A stretch of 64,000 bases of DNA, taken from a virus. Of this stretch, positions 57,729 to 64,000 are shown in pieces. The position numbers and the translations under genes were made by a program. The stretch's first letter is position 1. Each line of letters starts with the position of its first letter. The stretch is from IMG/VR virus record IMGVR_UViG_3300042946_001661, positions 1 to 64,000 of that record; one strand, written 5' to 3'. A model generated the notes under the pieces. That model worked only from the letters and a program-made list of their open reading frames with translations. It searched no databases and had not been told where the DNA came from.

Positions 57729-57788
57729 ATCATAGCAAAGAAAAAAACTTTTTACAATATTGCTGAAAGTTGAAAAATTCACTATATT
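57729..57788. promoter_or_regulatory. Back-to-back sigma70-type promoters: (-) TTGTAA-N17-TATGAT with extended TG; (+) TTGCTG-N17-TATATT
   Basis: Consensus matches; -10 boxes 5 and 9 nt before the ATGs. Confidence 0.6.
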
Positions 57789-57797
57789 AGTAGCAAC

Positions 57798-59081
57798 ATG
57801 CCTAAAAAAGAATCAGTAGAAATAATTTGGCTTAAAGAAAGAATAAGCCGAATAGCCTATGGAGAAAAAACAGACGTAGGCATAAGACCAAACATTTCAA
57901 AAAAATTATTAATAAAAAATAATAAACTTCTAATTAGAAGACTTCCAAATAAAAAAATTCTAGAGCATGTGGAGAATAAAAACACAGTATATTATTATGG
58001 GAATGGAAAAACTAATAGCGAAGAAACATTAGTGATGATAGATGTAGATGTTCAAAAAAAGAATAATTTAGGAAGTACTCAAGGTGCTTTAGATTTCATA
58101 AATCACTTAAAAACAAAGTTTCCAAAATTATATTATGAATCATCAACAAATGGAAAAGGTATTCATGCATATTTTATACTAAAAAAACCAAACATCAGTG
58201 CAAGAACAGTCAATAAAACACTTAAAAATTTTGAAAATTGGCTTAAAAAAGAAGCGGAAGAGACGAAAGCAGATATTGAAATAGTAGAAATAAAAGGATT
58301 GTGTCCCGAAATATTATATAAAGAAAATAAAATAACAAATATAAAATATGGAACTCTTGCAAAAATTCCAAGAAATCTTAATGTATTATCTTCTATGGAT
58401 AATCAATTTTTATCTATAAAAGATATAGAAAAAGAATACAGTGTTGAAATAAAGATTAAAAATAAAAAAGAAGGAAGCATATCAAACAAACTATTTTCGG
58501 AAGAAGATATTAAAAAATTAGATAAATATAAAGAGATATTCAAAGATCTTACCGATAATCATAAATTAAAAGCAAGGAATCATGTAGTTACAGAAGATGA
58601 TTTTGCTATAGCACTATTAATACTTCTTTTTATAAATAAAAATCCTAATAAAGATGGATCTATACCTACAGAAAGAGTTAAACAATTATGGATAAGTTTA
58701 TTTAAATTTAATAATGTTAAAAGAAACTGGAATCATCATAGATGGAAGGTAATTAGAGATTTATTATCTATGAAAAACTTAATTGATTGGACTGATAACA
58801 AGTATGAATTTGGTAACAAATTAAACAATCAAAAAGGAGTAGCATGTAAATGGAGTTTATCAAATAAATTGCTTAGAAAAGTAAATAACCTAGTGTCAGA
58901 CGCCCATGATGCCCAAAAGACAGAGAGAGCATCCTTGATGGACACTAATATTACAATAATAGATAAAACAAAAGAAGATAATAGGTATTTAACACCTATT
59001 TTGAGATTTTTAAGAACAATTAATTATGAAGATATGCTTACAAGGATGTTTTCTAGAATGGAAACACTGTGTACAGTTTAA
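57798..59081 (+). CDS. AEP (prim-pol)-like protein with C-terminal winged-helix-like domain
   Basis: MIDVD, STNGKGIH.YF, L.KIP motifs. Confidence 0.6.
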   Translation: MPKKESVEIIWLKERISRIAYGEKTDVGIRPNISKKLLIKNNKLLIRRLPNKKILEHVENKNTVYYYGNGKTNSEETLVMIDVDVQKKNNLGSTQGALDFINHLKTKFPKLYYESSTNGKGIHAYFILKKPNISARTVNKTLKNFENWLKKEAEETKADIEIVEIKGLCPEILYKENKITNIKYGTLAKIPRNLNVLSSMDNQFLSIKDIEKEYSVEIKIKNKKEGSISNKLFSEEDIKKLDKYKEIFKDLTDNHKLKARNHVVTEDDFAIALLILLFINKNPNKDGSIPTERVKQLWISLFKFNNVKRNWNHHRWKVIRDLLSMKNLIDWTDNKYEFGNKLNNQKGVACKWSLSNKLLRKVNNLVSDAHDAQKTERASLMDTNITIIDKTKEDNRYLTPILRFLRTINYEDMLTRMFSRMETLCTV

Positions 59082-59132
59082 TTTTAACAGAACAATTTGT
59101 TTCAGACCGAAAATCTTGTATAGTTTAAAACA

Positions 59133-60425
59133 ATGTTAGAAGAAGAACTATTAAAGTATTTATCCGAGATATCCTCAGATAACACTATTTATATAAAAAC
59201 AGACCCAGAATACATAGACTTTACAGATAAAAATTTTCAATTTAATATAGAAATATATTCAAGAAGTAAAAAGCTTACAAAACTAGTGGACAACAGTAAT
59301 TTCGATACACTTAACAGCATTTTGAAAGTTGCGTTATTTTTAAATAATAAAAAAATAATAACTTGGAATATAAAAAATTACTTTAGTTACTATAAAAACA
59401 AAACAGGTAAAGATTTAGACACTGAGTGTCAGATATTGGATTTAAAAATACTGGAAAGATTATGTGGTATTTATTCTGAAAAGGCTCCCATCTCTTTTAA
59501 AGAGGCTATAGAGAGGTTTTCTGTGATATACCCATCTAAGTGGAGTAGAATAAGCAATTTGTATAAAGAAATTTACTGTCCTTTATTTTTAAAAGTTATT
59601 CCATCGATAGAAAACAAAGGAATAGTAGACATAGAAGAAAGAAATATAAAATACTGTTACTACGAGATAGAAGGGCAAGAGAACGGTAGGTTAAGTTCTT
59701 TTAATTGTTTTAAAAATGGATTTATGCCATTAAATTTAAAAAAAGAAGATAAACAAAAATATAGACCGTTAAATCAAGATGATTTATTTTTACTTTTCGA
59801 TTACAAAAATATGGAAGTCAGTGTTTTAGAATATTTAACTAAAGACAAGGCTTTGAAAGATGTTTTAAATGAAGGGGATGATTTTTATGAATCTTTGTAT
59901 AAAAAGATAATAAACCCTAATAATTTCGATCAAGAAAAAAGAAAAAAAATGAAAATGATTTTTTTACCTTTCATATATGGAGCTGGAATTAAAAAAATCA
60001 GCGAATCATGTAAAATAGAATCTTCTAAGGTTGAAGTTATTACAAAAAGAATAAAAGAAACATTCCCAAAAACTTTTACATGGTTGGATAATTTTTCTAA
60101 AAATAATCAAGATGGGTATTATATAAATACTTTTGGAAAAATAAGAAAAATTGATCAATCCTACAAAAGTATTAATTTTATAGTACAGTCTACTGCAAGC
60201 ATATTCTGCTTAGATAAACTCATAGATTTATATTATGTTTATAAAAAGTCTATGTGTTTTTATGTTCACGATGCTTATTGTTTATATTCAAGTAAAAAAG
60301 AACTTGAATCAAACATAGAAATGATTAAAAATATCCTTTTACAAGATAGCAAGTTTTTGAATAATATTCATTTAAGTGTTAGTTGTAAATACGGAGAAAA
60401 TTTGAATGAAATGAAAGAATTTTAA
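59133..60425 (+). CDS. Divergent family A DNA polymerase core
   Basis: ENGRLSS, motif A FDYKNME, motif B RKKMKMIFLPFIYG, NFIVQST, motif C VHDA. Confidence 0.8.
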   Translation: MLEEELLKYLSEISSDNTIYIKTDPEYIDFTDKNFQFNIEIYSRSKKLTKLVDNSNFDTLNSILKVALFLNNKKIITWNIKNYFSYYKNKTGKDLDTECQILDLKILERLCGIYSEKAPISFKEAIERFSVIYPSKWSRISNLYKEIYCPLFLKVIPSIENKGIVDIEERNIKYCYYEIEGQENGRLSSFNCFKNGFMPLNLKKEDKQKYRPLNQDDLFLLFDYKNMEVSVLEYLTKDKALKDVLNEGDDFYESLYKKIINPNNFDQEKRKKMKMIFLPFIYGAGIKKISESCKIESSKVEVITKRIKETFPKTFTWLDNFSKNNQDGYYINTFGKIRKIDQSYKSINFIVQSTASIFCLDKLIDLYYVYKKSMCFYVHDAYCLYSSKKELESNIEMIKNILLQDSKFLNNIHLSVSCKYGENLNEMKEF

Positions 60426-60436
60426 AAGGAGAAAAA

Positions 60437-60994
60437 ATGAAAGATATTTGCAATAACTTCCCAATAACAAACATAGAGTATTATGAATTAAATAAGAAGT
60501 TTGGAAAATTATGTTACTACGCAGCACATCAATTAAAGAAAAAAAATTCTAGGAACAACGTAGCAGAAGATATTGAAGATATTAATCAAGAATTACAAAT
60601 GTCAATTATAAGAGCTGGATCATATTATAAAAGACAAGTCTATATAGAAAAATGTATTAAATTAAGTAAAATTTATGTTAAAAGTTTATTCGCTAGTAAG
60701 GTCGTGGAAAGCTTAGATACTTTGTGGGAAAATAGAACCAAGCATGGAGCGAATAGACAGAAATTCGGTGATTATCAAGAATTTATATTAGAAAAAATAG
60801 TAAAAGACTGCATCCCAGAAGAAAACAGACCTAATAAAGAAGATGTTTTAAAAATTGACTGTAAATTTTCCACATACTGTAAAGCTATTGTTTGGAATGG
60901 TCAAAAATCTATGGGTAAAAAAATAACTAAAGAAAAAAACATAAGATCCGGTCTATGTAGCTTGAGTGAGTATGATTATTTGGTTACTGGTTGA
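60437..60994 (+). CDS. Sigma-factor-like protein (region 2 only; T4 gp55-like late sigma candidate)
   Basis: EDINQE...IIRA and KFSTYC resemble sigma region 2.2/2.3; no region 4. Confidence 0.55.
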   Translation: MKDICNNFPITNIEYYELNKKFGKLCYYAAHQLKKKNSRNNVAEDIEDINQELQMSIIRAGSYYKRQVYIEKCIKLSKIYVKSLFASKVVESLDTLWENRTKHGANRQKFGDYQEFILEKIVKDCIPEENRPNKEDVLKIDCKFSTYCKAIVWNGQKSMGKKITKEKNIRSGLCSLSEYDYLVTG

Positions 60995-61045
60995 TAAAAA
61001 TTCCTTTTTGCTATAGAATAGCCTAAACACTTAAAATAAAGCAAA

Positions 61046-62614
61046 ATGACAGAACTCACAAAAGATGAACAAAATCGCTTGGCTCAGATTATTTCTGAAG
61101 AAGATAATAATCAAATATCAAAGTTTAGTTGGGACGACAGCTTCCAAACCAGATTAGTTGGAATGCTTTTGACGGATAGATATTTTTTAGTTCAATCTCT
61201 TGATAAAGTAAAACCAAATTACTTTTCTAAAGAAATACATGTTCAAATAGTTAACTTTCTTTATTCATATTTTGATAAGTATAAAACTTTACCTGAAAAA
61301 TGGTTCTTAAAGGAAGAAATTTCCAAAGAATATAAAGACAGAGCAGCAGAAATTCAAATAGCGTCACTTGCTGAAATTGAAAAAGTGTACGACTTCTATA
61401 TCCCAGGAGTAGACACGAGAGAAGCACTAATAGATAAAATAACTTATTTTGCAAAGGTTCAATCTGTTAAAATCGCATTTCATAAATGTTTGGATAAAAT
61501 GACTAAAGCCCCTGAAGATGAGGCTACTTGGAATTATATTTATGATCAAATGAGACAGACAATGCTCATAGATAGAAATTATGAGCCTGGATTTGAATAT
61601 TTTAAAAATATCGAAGAAATGTTTGAAAGGATGAAAAAAACATATGAAGGTGTGGATACCTTCACAACAGGCTTTGCTGGCATAGATGATGCTTTAACTG
61701 GAGGTGGCTTACAAATAGGAAATATCGGAGCTTGGATAGCACTCCCAGGTACAGGTAAATCTCTTGCTATGTGTCGAGCTTCTGTTGAAAATGTAAAAAG
61801 GGGAAAAAAGGTTCTCTACATAACAATGGAGATGGACGAGCTAGGAATAAGCCAGAGATTTACAAGCCAATGGGTTAAATGTGATATTAATGATTTAATG
61901 AGCAACAAGCAAAGAATTATAAGTCATGTAGAAGCTTTTAAAGAAGATAAATTAGATTCTAATATGCTTATAGTAAAACAATTTCCAGGCGGAACAATGG
62001 ACGTCAATGGAATCAAAGCATACTATGCTCAATTAGTAATGAGAGGATTCAAACCAGATTTACTTGTTGTTGATTATGTTGGCGAAATGAAAGATGACCC
62101 TAGCTTACAAAAATATGAAAGTGCATATAGAATATTAAGAGATTTAAGAGCATTTGGTATAGAACAAAAACACTGCACAATAACATGTGTTCAGCCAAAC
62201 TCAAGTGCGAGCAAGCTTGACCAAGGGCAATATATTGATGAAAGTAACATAGGAACAAGCTTTGATCAGTTTAAACCTTTAGATTGTTTCTGGAGCATCA
62301 ATCAACAACCAATTGAAAAAGATGCAGGTGTAGCTAGATTGTTTGTTATAAAACATAGAAATGGAAAAAGCCGTTTTCCATTATATGTTAATTTTGATTA
62401 TGAAATGGGAACTCTGGATATAAATGAAATAAGCCACGAGTCATATAAACAAAAAATGAACCTTGTAAATCAAAAGAAATCTGATACAATAATGGACAAC
62501 AAAGATTCTATTACAAAAGATTCAAATAGTAAAGGTAAAGGTAAAGGTAAAAAAGGAAAAAGTAAAATTCTTTTTGACCCAACAGATGAATCTAACATTG
62601 ACACATTTGAATAA
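61046..62614 (+). CDS. dnaB: Replicative DnaB/gp41-like helicase
   Basis: TGF..ID...GG, PGTGKS, TMEM, VVDY, Q, K.RNG. Confidence 0.9.
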   Translation: MTELTKDEQNRLAQIISEEDNNQISKFSWDDSFQTRLVGMLLTDRYFLVQSLDKVKPNYFSKEIHVQIVNFLYSYFDKYKTLPEKWFLKEEISKEYKDRAAEIQIASLAEIEKVYDFYIPGVDTREALIDKITYFAKVQSVKIAFHKCLDKMTKAPEDEATWNYIYDQMRQTMLIDRNYEPGFEYFKNIEEMFERMKKTYEGVDTFTTGFAGIDDALTGGGLQIGNIGAWIALPGTGKSLAMCRASVENVKRGKKVLYITMEMDELGISQRFTSQWVKCDINDLMSNKQRIISHVEAFKEDKLDSNMLIVKQFPGGTMDVNGIKAYYAQLVMRGFKPDLLVVDYVGEMKDDPSLQKYESAYRILRDLRAFGIEQKHCTITCVQPNSSASKLDQGQYIDESNIGTSFDQFKPLDCFWSINQQPIEKDAGVARLFVIKHRNGKSRFPLYVNFDYEMGTLDINEISHESYKQKMNLVNQKKSDTIMDNKDSITKDSNSKGKGKGKKGKSKILFDPTDESNIDTFE

Positions 62615-62626
62615 AAAGGAAAAACT

Positions 62627-63097
62627 ATGAACGCACCAATTGATGTTGTTAAAGTTAATGTTAATGGTAAAGAGGTAACTCTTGATGCAAAAAATATGGA
62701 ATTTTCAGATAATACTCTTAATGAGTATATGGAAAATGAGTACGGATGGGTAGATTATTTTGGAAAACAATTAGAACACGCTCAGAAAGAAAGATTAGAT
62801 GCGGAAATAGATGCAGAAGCTATTTTTAGTCAAAAATATATAGAGGCTAAAGACGAGGGCGGAACAGAGCAATATGCAAAAGCAAAAGCTAATGCTAATC
62901 CAGATGTTATTTCTGCAAAGAAAAAAGTTGTTGAACTGATAGAAGTTGTAGGACAAATAAAAGCTCATCTAAAGGCGTGGGATAGAAATCATGATAATGC
63001 TCAAAATCGTGGTTATACCCTAAGAAAAGAAATAGATAAGCTTAACAAAGATGTTTATAAAATGTCTGATATTGATCGTTTTGTATCTGAGGCATGA
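62627..63097 (+). CDS. UvsY-like helical recombination mediator (tentative)
   Basis: All-helical 156 aa, located after the helicase. Confidence 0.4.
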   Translation: MNAPIDVVKVNVNGKEVTLDAKNMEFSDNTLNEYMENEYGWVDYFGKQLEHAQKERLDAEIDAEAIFSQKYIEAKDEGGTEQYAKAKANANPDVISAKKKVVELIEVVGQIKAHLKAWDRNHDNAQNRGYTLRKEIDKLNKDVYKMSDIDRFVSEA

Positions 63098-63675
63098 CCA
63101 TGATCTATAAGATAGACCCAGACAATTGTACAGATTTCAGTCTAGATAAAAATGGATTAGAGCTCCATATTTTATTCTGGATATTTGCAGCTGGAAAGAA
63201 TGGACACACAGCATCAAGGTGCTTAAACAACATTCTTCAAGAGTATAGTAGAAAAACAAATTTAGAAAGTCCGTTTGATATTTTTAAAAATATAGAAGAT
63301 TTGCCTCAAGAGTTAAAGAAATTTGGAGTAGGTTGCTTTAACAATAAAAGTAAGTGTGTAAAAAATTTAATAAGTAAAAATTTTGATTTATCAAAATGTA
63401 CTATCGAAGATTTAGAAAGTGTTTGGGGGCTTGGACCAAAAAGTGTTAGGTGCTTCTTGATACACACGAGAAAAAATCAACAGCTTGCCGGTCTAGATAG
63501 ACATGTTTTAAGATATCTATCAGAACTAGGTTATAAAGTTCCTAAGTCTACTCCCAATAAAAAACAATATTTAGAAATTGAAAAAATATTTATTGAATTG
63601 GCAAAAAGTGTCGGTAAGACCATAAGTGAATTTGATTTAGAAATATGGACGAAATACAGAAAAAAGACCGCATGA
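63094..63675 (+). CDS. HhH-GPD DNA glycosylase (Ogg/Nth-like)
   Basis: L..VWGLGPKS, LDRH..R, Y.EIE, DL.IW. Confidence 0.8.
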   Translation: MTMIYKIDPDNCTDFSLDKNGLELHILFWIFAAGKNGHTASRCLNNILQEYSRKTNLESPFDIFKNIEDLPQELKKFGVGCFNNKSKCVKNLISKNFDLSKCTIEDLESVWGLGPKSVRCFLIHTRKNQQLAGLDRHVLRYLSELGYKVPKSTPNKKQYLEIEKIFIELAKSVGKTISEFDLEIWTKYRKKTA

Positions 63676-64000
63676 AACCCAGAGATGTTCCAAGCTGGGA
63701 CGAATATTTTTTAGATTTATGTAAAGTAGTAAGTACTAGAAGTAAAGATCCATCTACACAACATGGATCTGTAATAGTGGATAATCAAAACAGAATTGTA
63801 AGTACCGGATACAACGGATCCTCTAGATATATAGATGATAATTATATTGATTGGTCCCGCCCTGCAAAATACCACTTACTCATACACGCAGAGGAAAATA
63901 GCTTGTGGTCAGCAGAAAAAAGAAATTTAGAAGGTTGTATTATTTATGTTACTGGAAAGCCTTGCAGTGGTTGTATGTTGAGGATCTCACACAGTGGAAT
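63672..64000 (+). CDS. dCMP deaminase (3' truncated by the window)
   Basis: Manual translation: WDEYF, RSKDPST, GYNG, HAEEN, PCSGC. Confidence 0.92.
   Translation, partial: MKPRDVPSWDEYFLDLCKVVSTRSKDPSTQHGSVIVDNQNRIVSTGYNGSSRYIDDNYIDWSRPAKYHLLIHAEENSLWSAEKRNLEGCIIYVTGKPCSGCMLRISHSG

Noticed and set aside
843-61454. Short antisense ORFs in the track (e.g. 843, 2459, 7473, 10156, 15125, 20499, 49115, 50560, 51475, 51753, 61251)
   Set aside because: They overlap well-supported genes on the opposite strand and have the Phe/Leu/Ser-rich or mirror-repeat composition of antisense frames.
1-64000. Stop-codon reassignment as in some huge phages
   Set aside because: Conserved genes are full length in code 11 and TAA, TGA and TAG all end genes; the dnaE breaks are not single in-frame stops.

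Overview
AT-rich, gene-dense segment of a large (jumbo/huge-type, T4-like) dsDNA bacteriophage genome using the standard bacterial code. It holds: (i) replication/recombination genes, including a DnaE polymerase in three separate genes (PHP fragment; catalytic fragment ending in an N-intein; C-intein plus C-terminal fragment, with a free-standing TnsA-like endonuclease between the intein halves), a PolA-like core, an AEP primase-like protein, DnaB/gp41, UvsW, RecD/Dda and Hel308-like helicases, SbcCD, a UvsY-like protein and a resolvase; (ii) nucleotide metabolism (nrdAB, thyX, dut, dCMP deaminase, dNMP kinase); (iii) host-like translation genes (IF3, ribosomal protein bS21, a long-variable-arm tRNA with a GTT anticodon); (iv) sugar-nucleotide and glycosylation enzymes (RmlB, RmlC, HldE, glycosyltransferases, methyltransferases) alongside many Pro/Thr-repeat virion-like proteins; (v) envelope proteins (PspC, GlsB/YeaQ, exported trypsin, lipoprotein, thioredoxin). 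The most notable observations are the tripartite DnaE with a charge-reversed split intein and a duplicated, reciprocally degenerate palm segment; TATATA/TATAAATA and sigma70-type promoter boxes only 5-9 nt before ATG (predicted leaderless mRNAs) next to phage IF3, bS21 and a region-2-only sigma; an ATT-initiated gene; and a dispersed set of proteins with T4 capsid-targeting-like N-termini. All calls come from motif reading by eye; no database searches were run.
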